A stretch of 64,000 bases of DNA, from contig QZKH01000006.1 in assembly GCA_003598025.1 (NCBI GenBank), positions 108,035-172,034 on the forward strand. Direction: 5' to 3'. Positions 29,655 to 38,570 of the stretch are shown in pieces. The position numbers and the translations under genes are program-made. Source of the DNA: Candidatus Omnitrophota bacterium. GTDB taxonomy: Bacteria > Omnitrophota > Gorgyraeia > Gygaellales > Profunditerraquicolaceae. The stretch's first letter is position 1. The number at the start of each line of letters is the position of its first letter. Under the pieces are notes generated by a model. That model did not search any database and was not told the DNA's origin. It saw only the letters and a list, made by a program, of their open reading frames with translations.

Positions 29655-29772
29655 AACGAGACCTGTCCCCAAACGGGGGCACTTCTCTGTGGGGCAGGAG
29701 AAACGGTCCTGGCTTTCTTTTGTTAATTTTTTGGGAAAACTATGATAAAATTATAATAAATAAGGAGGGAGT

Positions 29773-30696
29773 ATGGATATAAAAGGTAAGGTGGTTTTTT
29801 CCTCAGGCAAAAAGGGCGATTATGATATTTGGACTATTAACCTGGCAAGCAAAGAAATAAGTCAGCTTACTTCCGGGCCTTTCTGGAATGATTGCCCAAA
29901 GTGGTCTCCGGATGGCAAAAAGATTGTTTTTATATCCAATAGAAGCGGGACACCTGAAATATTTATAATGGATGAAGACGGCAAAAACCAGCAGCAAATT
30001 ACCAGCAGCGGCAAATGGCACAATACGCCTGATTGGTCCCCGGACGGAAAGCAGATCGTGTTCTGCGCAAACTATAAGGAGAACATCGATGTTTTTGTAA
30101 TGAATATAGACGGCTCAGGCCTTAAACAAATAACCAGTTATGAAGGGATGGATTTTAACCCGCAATTTTCACCGGATGGCAAAACTATAATATTCACTTC
30201 TCAGCGTTCAGGCAATGACGATATCTGGAAATTTGATTTAAATACTGCGCAGTTAAAACAAGTTACCACTTATAAGTATAAGGATTTTTCCCCGACGTAT
30301 TCTAATGACGGCTCTATGATCGCTTTTGTCTGTGAAGAGCCTGTTTCCGGTGATTATGGAAACATGGAAATATATCTAATGGATAAGGATGGTAAGAACA
30401 GGAGGAGAGTCACCCGTAATCTGGGAGTAGACAGGTATGTTTGCTGGTCGCCTGATTCAAAATACATAATCTATACCTCAAGCCATCCGAATTCTACAGC
30501 CGAAAGGCTTATGGTTGTTGATCTTCAGAAAATGATAAAAAGCAAGATAGATTTTGATAGGTCCGGTATTGAGGCAGAGATAGATGCTGAACCGAAAGGT
30601 TTTGGTATTTTCAGCTTTTTCCCGGACGGAGTAGTCAGGAAGTTTTATCCTGAAGCCTATTTTGGCACAGAGAGGTATCCTGATTGGAAATATTAA
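29773..30696 (+). CDS. TolB-like PD40 beta-propeller protein, no signal peptide
   Basis: Repeated P.WSPDGK.I.F motifs. Confidence 0.88.
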   Translation: MDIKGKVVFSSGKKGDYDIWTINLASKEISQLTSGPFWNDCPKWSPDGKKIVFISNRSGTPEIFIMDEDGKNQQQITSSGKWHNTPDWSPDGKQIVFCANYKENIDVFVMNIDGSGLKQITSYEGMDFNPQFSPDGKTIIFTSQRSGNDDIWKFDLNTAQLKQVTTYKYKDFSPTYSNDGSMIAFVCEEPVSGDYGNMEIYLMDKDGKNRRRVTRNLGVDRYVCWSPDSKYIIYTSSHPNSTAERLMVVDLQKMIKSKIDFDRSGIEAEIDAEPKGFGIFSFFPDGVVRKFYPEAYFGTERYPDWKY

Positions 30697-30711
30697 GTTA
30701 GGAGGCGCAAG

Positions 30712-32727
30712 GTGAAATGCCCAATTTGCAAAGATAAAGATTTAGAGCCTGTTTTTACCAAGCAGGGAGTAGAGGTTGATTTTTGCCCTAAATGTTTTGG
30801 GATTTGGCTGGATAAAGATGAGATTTATCATTTCACAAAGGTCCCATCATATTTGAAAGCTAAAATTGATGAGGCAGTTAAAGTGGGCAAAACATCAGAA
30901 AGGATTTCTCCTGTTAATGGCAAGCCGATGCTGGAACTGGCGATTATGGAAGGCCTGCATATCGATTATTGCCCGGATACAGAGGGAATATGGCTGGACA
31001 GGGATGAGATAAATAAGTTGCCCGGTATAAAAGTAAGGATTGATATTGACGATACTATGTTTGGCGCTTCGGCTCAGTCGCATTCCAGGATATTGTTGCC
31101 GCTACCTAATTTATCTGTCCGTTCAGGCATGGTTTTATTCGGCATGTATGCGTTGCTTGGCCTGTTTCTGATCGCACTGGTAGAGTTTGGTTTTATTCCT
31201 TCTTCATTTGCTTTACTTATAGGGGTTGTAACGGTAGCTATCCATTTTCTTTTGGGGCCGTTCTTGATGGATTTTTCACTAAAATTATTTTATAAAGTCA
31301 GGTGGATAAGACAGGATGAGTTACCGGTTCACTTAAAGAATTTTATAAGCCGAGTTTGTACTCAAAAAGGCATCGACTTTCCGCGCATGGGCATTATCGC
31401 AGACGGTTCCCCTAATGCATTCACATATGGGCATCATCCAAATAATGCCAGAATTGTTGTGACACAGGGGTTGTTAGACCTGCTTAGCGAAAAAGAAACA
31501 GAGGCAGTTGTTGCCCACGAGATCGGGCATGCCGTGCATTGGGATATGCTGATAATGACTCTTGCCCAGCTTGTCCCTCTTATTATGTATTACATTTACC
31601 GGAATTTGATACGCATGAAAAGCAGGGGTAATGATAAATCTGCACCTTACAGGCTGGCTATGGCGCTTATTTCATATCTGCTTTATATTATCAGCGAATT
31701 TGTTGTCCTGTGGTTTTCCCGTATCAGAGAGTATTTTGCCGATAGGTTCTCCGGAGAAGTAACAGCAAACCCTAATGATTTGGCTTCGGCTTTAGTTAAA
31801 ATAGGCTATGGCCTTGCAGGCAGCGACAGGTCTAAAAGCAGGATTACGGAAGAAAAAAGAAATGTAAATATCAATGCCATCGGCCCCATGGGCATATTTG
31901 ATTCTAAAACTGCTAATATATTAGCAATAGCCGGGCATTCCGGCGCCAGGAACATGGGCCAGGAGGTTGATAAAGACAAATTGAGAGATGCTGCAAAATG
32001 GGATCTTTGGAATCCGTGGGCAGCATATTACGAATTACAATCAACGCATCCATTGATTGCTAAAAGAATAAAATATCTTAGTAACCAGTCTGTTGTGTTA
32101 GGCAGAGAGCCATATATTGAGTTTAATGAGCGTAGACCTGAATCTTATTGGGATGATTTCTTGCTGGATATTTTTGTTAAGGGCCTTCCAATATTGGCTT
32201 TAATAGCAGGGATGGCATTAATTGTGCTTAAAGTTAACTATTTTTATAGCGGGGTAGCTATTTTCATAGTTGGTATTGCATACCTCATAAATGTTTTTTA
32301 TAGCTATTCTTCTACGGAGTTTTCCCCTATGACTATAAATAGCCTATTGCGTAAAATAAAGGTATCTGCAATACGGCCTGTACCTTGTAAAGTTAAAGGC
32401 AAGATTATAGGCAGAGGTATCCCCGGCTTAATTTTCTCCGAAGATTTCGTACTCCAGGATGATACCGGGATAATTTTTCTTGATTACCGTCAGCCTCTTG
32501 GGATAATAAATTTCTTTTTTGGACTGCTAAGGGCAGCTAAATACATAGATCAGGAGGCAGAGGTAGTCGGTTGGTACCGGCGTGCACCAGTTCCTTTTAT
32601 CGAAATTAAAAAATTGATCGTTAATGGCAAAGAGTCAGCTTGTTATGTATATAATGCTAAGCTGATATTTGCCTCCTTGATGATATTTTGCGGGATAGTT
32701 ATTGCTTTTATTAATGTCGGCGGTTAG
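30712..32727 (+). CDS. M48/HtpX-like zinc metalloprotease with N-terminal zinc-ribbon domains
   Basis: CPIC..CPKCFGIWLD repeat, PNAF, HEIGH, REYFAD, STHP, TM helices. Confidence 0.88.
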   Translation: MKCPICKDKDLEPVFTKQGVEVDFCPKCFGIWLDKDEIYHFTKVPSYLKAKIDEAVKVGKTSERISPVNGKPMLELAIMEGLHIDYCPDTEGIWLDRDEINKLPGIKVRIDIDDTMFGASAQSHSRILLPLPNLSVRSGMVLFGMYALLGLFLIALVEFGFIPSSFALLIGVVTVAIHFLLGPFLMDFSLKLFYKVRWIRQDELPVHLKNFISRVCTQKGIDFPRMGIIADGSPNAFTYGHHPNNARIVVTQGLLDLLSEKETEAVVAHEIGHAVHWDMLIMTLAQLVPLIMYYIYRNLIRMKSRGNDKSAPYRLAMALISYLLYIISEFVVLWFSRIREYFADRFSGEVTANPNDLASALVKIGYGLAGSDRSKSRITEEKRNVNINAIGPMGIFDSKTANILAIAGHSGARNMGQEVDKDKLRDAAKWDLWNPWAAYYELQSTHPLIAKRIKYLSNQSVVLGREPYIEFNERRPESYWDDFLLDIFVKGLPILALIAGMALIVLKVNYFYSGVAIFIVGIAYLINVFYSYSSTEFSPMTINSLLRKIKVSAIRPVPCKVKGKIIGRGIPGLIFSEDFVLQDDTGIIFLDYRQPLGIINFFFGLLRAAKYIDQEAEVVGWYRRAPVPFIEIKKLIVNGKESACYVYNAKLIFASLMIFCGIVIAFINVGG

Positions 32728-32833
32728 CCGGATAGAAGAAAATGGTTTGACAGGCGCTGATTTGTAGGATAAATTTAAAATCCTGGCCTGGATGCAAGAT
32801 GGGGGCCTGACATAATACCGATACAAAATTCTT

Positions 32834-32919
32834 GGAGGCGTGGCTGAGTGGTTGAAGGCGGTCGCCTCGAAAGCGATTATCCCCTAAAGGGATCGGGGGT
32901 TCGAATCCTCCCGCCTCCG
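32834..32919 (+). tRNA. tRNA-Ser(CGA)
   Basis: GGAGGCG/CGCCTCC acceptor, GTCGC-CTCGAAA-GCGAT. Confidence 0.93.
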
Positions 32920-33084
32920 TTCTTCTTCGCCCTGATGCATGCAAAAAATACGGTGGGGCTTCGAAGCAACTACGTTCTTTCTTAATACACACAAGTGCTA
33001 TGCCAGGACTGCGCAGCGATAAGTTCTGCGCTTAAACATTTTTGTATTTGAGCTGCTGAGTATAAATTAAATTTGAGAAATTAT

Positions 33085-33169
33085 GGAGAGATGCCGGAGC
33101 GGTTGAACGGGCACGCCTGGAGAGCGTGTGACTCGCAAGGGTCCCAGGGTTCGAATCCCTGTCTCTCCG
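33085..33169 (+). tRNA. tRNA-Ser(GGA)
   Basis: GGAGAGA/TCTCTCC acceptor, CACGC-CTGGAGA-GCGTG. Confidence 0.93.
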
Positions 33170-33178
33170 TTTTAATTT

Positions 33179-33316
33179 TGCGACAAGCAAAATTAAAACG
33201 GTACTTAAGCGAGCGTAAAACGACCCGACAAGGGTCGTAGCGAGCGTAGTACCTTACAAGATGCGACAAGCAAAATTAAAACGGTACTTAAGCGAGCGTA
33301 AAACGACCCGACAAGG
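33179..33316 (+). repeat. Perfect 55-bp direct repeat (33179-33233, 33262-33316)
   Basis: Direct comparison of the two copies; ACGACCC/GGGTCGT hairpin flanked by GCGAGCGTA. Confidence 0.92.
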
Positions 33317-33324
33317 AGTTATTA

Positions 33325-33744
33325 ATGAATGCATTTTTATGGGCAATCTTAGCTGCTGCTATTTGGGGGTGTGTCCCGCTTCTTGAAAAATTAGGATTGC
33401 TTAGGACCGATCCATTGGTAGGATTGTTCTATCGATGCATCGGGGTAGTGATAGGCCTGCTTTCACTGTTATTTTTCTTAAAGCCAGCGCAAATAAAATC
33501 AGTTGATATCCGCTCGAAGATTTTCCTGATACTAGCCGGAATTTTAGCTAGTTTTGTTGCACAGATAGCTTTTTATAATGCGCTTAAGAAAGGCGATGTT
33601 TCAAAAGTCGTTCCTATCTCCGGAAGCTACCCTTTTATTTCATTTCTTCTCGGTATTCTTTTATTGAATGAAAGTTTTACTCCGGTTAAATTTATTGGTG
33701 TTACATTGGTGGTTATGGGGATTTGGGTGTTAAAGGTAAGTTAG
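33325..33744 (+). CDS. EamA/DMT family small transporter
   Basis: Five TM helices, ALKKGDVSKVVPI..YP. Confidence 0.88.
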   Translation: MNAFLWAILAAAIWGCVPLLEKLGLLRTDPLVGLFYRCIGVVIGLLSLLFFLKPAQIKSVDIRSKIFLILAGILASFVAQIAFYNALKKGDVSKVVPISGSYPFISFLLGILLLNESFTPVKFIGVTLVVMGIWVLKVS

Positions 33745-33806
33745 TTCATAGTTCATAGAAAGTGCGATATAAAGGGGGCAGAGATGCCCTATTTTTTTAG
33801 ATATTT

Positions 33807-33858
33807 TAGTGAAATAAATCACAAAAAATATTGACAAACCATGAACATATGGTATATT
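33807..33858 (+). promoter_or_regulatory. Rex operator plus sigma70 promoter
   Basis: TAGTGAAATAAATCACAA has 2 mismatches to TTGTGAA-N4-TTCACAA; TTGACA at 33831 and TG-n-TATATT at 33853. Confidence 0.75.
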
Positions 33859-33892
33859 TACTATAGTTATTGTGATGAAAGGAGCAAAAACT

Positions 33893-34543
33893 ATGAGTAA
33901 AAGCACAATAAATCGGCTATCAAGATACAAAAGTGCGCTTTTTAGGCTGAAATCGCTTGGATTTGTTAAGGTGTTCTCGGATAATCTTGCTGACGCTGTT
34001 GGGGTAACTCCGGCTCAAGTAAGAAAGGATTTTTCTCTTTTTGCCATTTCAACAGGTAATAAGAGGGGCGGATATCAGATCGATGCTTTACTTGAAAGCC
34101 TTAACTCCATACTCGGTACAAATAAAATACAGAAGGTAATAATTGTCGGAGCCGGTAATATCGGCACAGCTTTGATGAATTATAAAGGTTTTGAGAAAGA
34201 GAGCATTGAAATAGTGGCTGCATTTGATATTGACCCTTCGAAATACCATAAAGAAACTAAGATACCTGTTTTACCCCTGGAGGAGCTCAAAGATTTCATA
34301 AAGAACAATAATATAAACATAGGCATTATTGCCGTGCCCGAGATAGCTGCGCAGCAAGTATTGGATATCCTTGCTTCTGCCGGGATAAAAGGAGTTTTAA
34401 ATTTTGCCCCTATAAGGTTAAGGGCCAGCGATGACATTGTAATTAACAACATTAACCTGGCATCGGAGCTTGAAAATGTCGTTTATTATGTACATGCCAC
34501 AGAAAAAACCGCAAGAAATAATTATGAAACCAAGAACCCTTAA
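33893..34543 (+). CDS. rex: Redox-sensing repressor Rex
   Basis: TINRLSRY, QVRKDFS, GAGNIG.AL, LNFAP. Confidence 0.95.
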   Translation: MSKSTINRLSRYKSALFRLKSLGFVKVFSDNLADAVGVTPAQVRKDFSLFAISTGNKRGGYQIDALLESLNSILGTNKIQKVIIVGAGNIGTALMNYKGFEKESIEIVAAFDIDPSKYHKETKIPVLPLEELKDFIKNNNINIGIIAVPEIAAQQVLDILASAGIKGVLNFAPIRLRASDDIVINNINLASELENVVYYVHATEKTARNNYETKNP

Positions 34544-36362
34544 GAAAACCCTACTTTGGTCTTTTCTGCTGGTGATTTTCTCATTCAGCATATGCATTGC
34601 TATCCTTGGTTACGGAGTAATTAAGAACGATATAATAAAGAGGTCACAACGCCAGGTGCAGGAGAGCCTCAAGGCGGCAAGGATGGTATTGTATGATGAA
34701 GTAAATTTGATGGGTAAGATGCTTGATATTGTGTCTGCTTCAGATAACCTTAATGAGATAAAAAACAAGCTCGGTTTTGATTATATCTTTGTCGTGGATC
34801 AAGCTTCCAGGTTTGATTCCGGTGATGGAATTTTGGATGCGGCTTTTAAACGGCAGAAGGCAGGAGGCATAAGGATCATTTCTAAAGAAGAATTGATAAA
34901 GATGGGCGCTCCCTTATATGAAAAGTCAAAGATTGACGTTATATTTACGCTTAAGGCAGGGCCTCAAACCATAAATACCCTGGAAAACGCCATGGCAATT
35001 GAGTATGCGCGTCCTCTGTCAGATGGAAGGAGGGTGATTTACGCAGGTAAAATAATAAACAGGGATTTTGAATTGGTTGATAAGATCAGGAACCTGGTAT
35101 TTGAGAATAAGCTATATAAGGACAAGCCGCTGGGTACCGTAACTATTTTCTATGATGATATAAGAATAACTACAAATGTCCTGAATAACAAAGGCCAGAG
35201 GGCGGTTGGCACCAGGGTATCCAAGATCGTATATGACAGGGTTATGAATGGCGGCTCTTCCTGGGTGGACAGGGCTTTTGTCGTCAATAACTGGTATCTT
35301 ACCGCTTACGAGCCTATCAAGGATATAAACGGAAGGACAATAGGCATACTCTATGTGGGTTTACTGGAGGCACCTTTCCATGTCCTTGCCAGGAATATAC
35401 TGTTAGTTTTCTTACTTATATTAATTTCCACAGTTGCCTTAGTCTCGATGTTCTCAATATTCCTGGCGTCTGTTATTTCCAGGCCTGTTACCGGCATAGT
35501 CAATGTAATAGAAAGGTTTACTGCTGGCAACTTTGATTCGCACGTGACTTCTGACACCTCCGTAACAGAGCTTAACAAACTGGCCGAATCTTTTAACGAT
35601 ATGGCAGATAAATTGAATGAGAGCTATAAAGAGCTCAGGCTTTCTAACGATAAGATGTTAACGCTAAACAAAAGGTATCTTGATTTAATCAGCTTTGTTT
35701 CGCACGAGCTAAAAGGGATATTGTCTTCTACTATTTTAAATACATATACAGTCCGTGACGGGCTTTTGGGTATGGTGAATTTTAAGCAGCAGAAAGCGCT
35801 GAATTCAATAACCAGGAATCTTGACTACCTTGATTCCACGGTAAGAAGCTTTTTGAGCCTGAGCCGGATAGAAAAAGGCGAAATGACAGTGAATAAATCA
35901 GAGGTATTGCTGAAGGAAGAAATTTTTGATGTTTCTTTGGAGACGTTTCAGAAGCAGATAAATGAAGCCGGTATCAATATCGTGGATAATATAGAAAACA
36001 ATCTGAAGGCGGTTTTAGACAGAGACCTCATGCTTATTGTGGCGAATAATTTGATCAGCAATGCTATAAAATACGGCAAGAATAACGGTAGAATAATACT
36101 GAGTAGCAAAGTCGATGCCAACTCTATAAGTATCGAAGTATATAATGACGGATATCCTATATCAGCGGAGGATGTGGACAAACTTTTCAGGCGTTTTTCA
36201 AGGCTGGATAACGCCCAGACGCGGAGCTCAAAAGGCACCGGCTTGGGGTTGTTTATAACCAGGCAAATAATTGAGCAGCACGGGGGATCTATCGAAGTGC
36301 GTCCTGGAAGCCAGGGGAATTCTTTTATTTTTGAGATACAAAAGGAGGATAATCAATGTTAA
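34524..36362 (+). CDS. Cache/HAMP sensor histidine kinase
   Basis: Two TM helices, Cache-type RAFVV..WYLTAYEPI, HAMP, SHELK, NLISNAIKY, GTGLGL. Confidence 0.92.
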   Translation: MKPRTLKKTLLWSFLLVIFSFSICIAILGYGVIKNDIIKRSQRQVQESLKAARMVLYDEVNLMGKMLDIVSASDNLNEIKNKLGFDYIFVVDQASRFDSGDGILDAAFKRQKAGGIRIISKEELIKMGAPLYEKSKIDVIFTLKAGPQTINTLENAMAIEYARPLSDGRRVIYAGKIINRDFELVDKIRNLVFENKLYKDKPLGTVTIFYDDIRITTNVLNNKGQRAVGTRVSKIVYDRVMNGGSSWVDRAFVVNNWYLTAYEPIKDINGRTIGILYVGLLEAPFHVLARNILLVFLLILISTVALVSMFSIFLASVISRPVTGIVNVIERFTAGNFDSHVTSDTSVTELNKLAESFNDMADKLNESYKELRLSNDKMLTLNKRYLDLISFVSHELKGILSSTILNTYTVRDGLLGMVNFKQQKALNSITRNLDYLDSTVRSFLSLSRIEKGEMTVNKSEVLLKEEIFDVSLETFQKQINEAGINIVDNIENNLKAVLDRDLMLIVANNLISNAIKYGKNNGRIILSSKVDANSISIEVYNDGYPISAEDVDKLFRRFSRLDNAQTRSSKGTGLGLFITRQIIEQHGGSIEVRPGSQGNSFIFEIQKEDNQC

Positions 36363-36712
36363 CGCCATTACAAAGAATCAAGAAAATGCGGGCAGAAGCT
36401 ATTAACCGGATAATAGGTAAAGGGTATCTTTCTACGAAGAGAGTGTATGTCGGTATGGCTACTTGTGAAATAGCCGCAGGCTCAAGCGAAGTAATGGAAG
36501 TATTTGAGAGTGCCATAAAGAATGGCCTGCCGGATGTCTATTTAAGCAAGAAGGGTTGCGCCGGTAGATGCAATCTCGAGCCGACCGTAGAGGTAGTTGA
36601 GGAAGGCAGGATCCCCGTAAAATATGGCAAGGTAAACAGGGAAAAGGCGAAAGATATAATTGAACGCCATCTTAAAAAAGGCGAAATTATAGAAGAATGG
36701 GTCATCAAATAA
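36356..36712 (+). CDS. Thioredoxin-like [2Fe-2S] ferredoxin (HndB/HydD-like)
   Basis: VGMATC..AAG, GCAGRC..EP.V. Confidence 0.85.
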   Translation: MLTPLQRIKKMRAEAINRIIGKGYLSTKRVYVGMATCEIAAGSSEVMEVFESAIKNGLPDVYLSKKGCAGRCNLEPTVEVVEEGRIPVKYGKVNREKAKDIIERHLKKGEIIEEWVIK

Positions 36713-36745
36713 TCTGATTATAATCAGCATAAGAAAGGCAATTAC

Positions 36746-38557
36746 ATGATCAAGCAAAAAACAAAGAAGCCCGATAAGTTCGTAATAACATTATGCGACG
36801 GCCCTACATGCATGCATAAGAAATCCAAGGACCTCGAAACGATTATCCAGAAAGAGCTTGATAAATACCGTATACATAATGCGGTAGAAATCAAGCTTTC
36901 CGGCTGCTTGGGGATGTGCGATAAAGGCCCGATAATGATCGTAAATCCCGGCTATACCATGTACGGCTCGGTGCATGAAAAAGATATCCCGGAAATAGTA
37001 GAGAATCATCTTTTGAATGGCCGTCCCGTATCGAGGTTAGTCATAGATGAAGATCATCTATATAACAGGTTCTTCAGGATCTTCGGCGATATTGCATTCT
37101 TCGGCAAGCAGATGAGGATCGCCCTAAGAAACTGCGGCATCATTGATCCCGAGAATATTGATGATTATATTGCGTTGAGAGGTTATGAGGCTCTTGCAAA
37201 AGTCGTTACCGACATGAGCCCGCAGCAGGTCATAGACGAAGTCAAGAAATCCGGCTTGCGCGGAAGAGGCGGAGCGGGGTTTGCCACAGGCTTAAAATGG
37301 GAGTTTACGTCTAAGGCGCAGGGAGATGCAAAATATGTCATTTGTAATGCAGATGAAGGAGACCCCGGAGCATTCATGGACAGAAGCGCTATAGAAGGAG
37401 ATCCTCATACAGTGATCGAAGGCATGATAATCGGCGGTTATGCAATAGGTTCAAGCCGGGGTATTATATATATACGCGCTGAGTATCCATTAGCTATAAA
37501 GAGGCTTGAAAAAGCGATTGCATTAGCCAGGGACTACGGCCTATTGGGAAAGAATATTTTAGGGTCTGATTTTTCATTTGATATTGAGATAAGACTGGGC
37601 GCCGGTGCATTTGTTTGCGGGGAAGAGACCGCGCTTATCCATTCGATTGAAGGCTGCCGCGGTATGCCCAGGCCCAGGCCGCCTTATCCTTCAATTTCAG
37701 GGCTTTTTGGTAAGCCGACATTGATAAACAACGTCGAGACATGGGCAAATATTCCGGTCATAATACTTGACGGCGCCAAATGGTTTAGTTCTATAGGGAC
37801 AGAAAAAAGCAAAGGAACAAAAGTTTTTGCTTTGGCAGGCAAGGTGAAAAACACCGGTTTAGTAGAAGTGCCCATGGGGACAACTTTGCGTGAAATAATA
37901 TTCGATATAGGGGGAGGTATACCGAATAATAAAAAATTTAAGGCAGTGCAGACCGGAGGTCCTTCAGGAGGGTGCCTGCCGGAAAATTATCTTGATACCA
38001 GGATAGATTATGAATCCCTTGCTGCTGCCGGCTCTATTATGGGCTCAGGAGGGATGATCGTAATCGATGAAGATTCATGCATGGTCAAGATGGCAAAATT
38101 TTTCCTTGAGTTTACGCAGAATGAATCTTGCGGCAAGTGCACTCCCTGCAGGGAAGGGACAAAAAGGATGTTAGAGATTTTAAACAGGATCAGCCAGGGT
38201 AACGGAGCAGAAGATGATATCGATAAGTTAGAACGCTTAGGTAGCATGATAAAGAAGGCTTCATTGTGCGGATTGGGACAATCTGCTCCTAATCCGGTAT
38301 TAAGCACGATTAAGAACTTCAGGCAGGAGTACGAAGAACACATAAAAGAAAAAAAATGCAGGGCGAGAGAGTGTGTTAATTTGGTCAGTTATACTATTAT
38401 CGAAAAATGTATCGGTTGCGGTGCCTGTAAGCGCGCCTGTCCTGTTTCGGCCATAACAGGCAGTTTAAAACAGCTGCATTCAATAAACCAGGATAAATGT
38501 ATAAAATGCGGGCGCTGTTTTGAGGCTTGTAAATTCAGCGCTGTGGTGAAATCTTAA
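36746..38557 (+). CDS. hydB: NuoF-like flavoprotein subunit of a multimeric [FeFe]-hydrogenase (HydB/HndC)
   Basis: GLRGRGGAGF, NADEGDPG, GEETAL, SCGKCTPCREG, C-terminal 2x[4Fe-4S]. Confidence 0.93.
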   Translation: MIKQKTKKPDKFVITLCDGPTCMHKKSKDLETIIQKELDKYRIHNAVEIKLSGCLGMCDKGPIMIVNPGYTMYGSVHEKDIPEIVENHLLNGRPVSRLVIDEDHLYNRFFRIFGDIAFFGKQMRIALRNCGIIDPENIDDYIALRGYEALAKVVTDMSPQQVIDEVKKSGLRGRGGAGFATGLKWEFTSKAQGDAKYVICNADEGDPGAFMDRSAIEGDPHTVIEGMIIGGYAIGSSRGIIYIRAEYPLAIKRLEKAIALARDYGLLGKNILGSDFSFDIEIRLGAGAFVCGEETALIHSIEGCRGMPRPRPPYPSISGLFGKPTLINNVETWANIPVIILDGAKWFSSIGTEKSKGTKVFALAGKVKNTGLVEVPMGTTLREIIFDIGGGIPNNKKFKAVQTGGPSGGCLPENYLDTRIDYESLAAAGSIMGSGGMIVIDEDSCMVKMAKFFLEFTQNESCGKCTPCREGTKRMLEILNRISQGNGAEDDIDKLERLGSMIKKASLCGLGQSAPNPVLSTIKNFRQEYEEHIKEKKCRARECVNLVSYTIIEKCIGCGACKRACPVSAITGSLKQLHSINQDKCIKCGRCFEACKFSAVVKS

Positions 38558-38570
38558 GGAGCTATTAATT

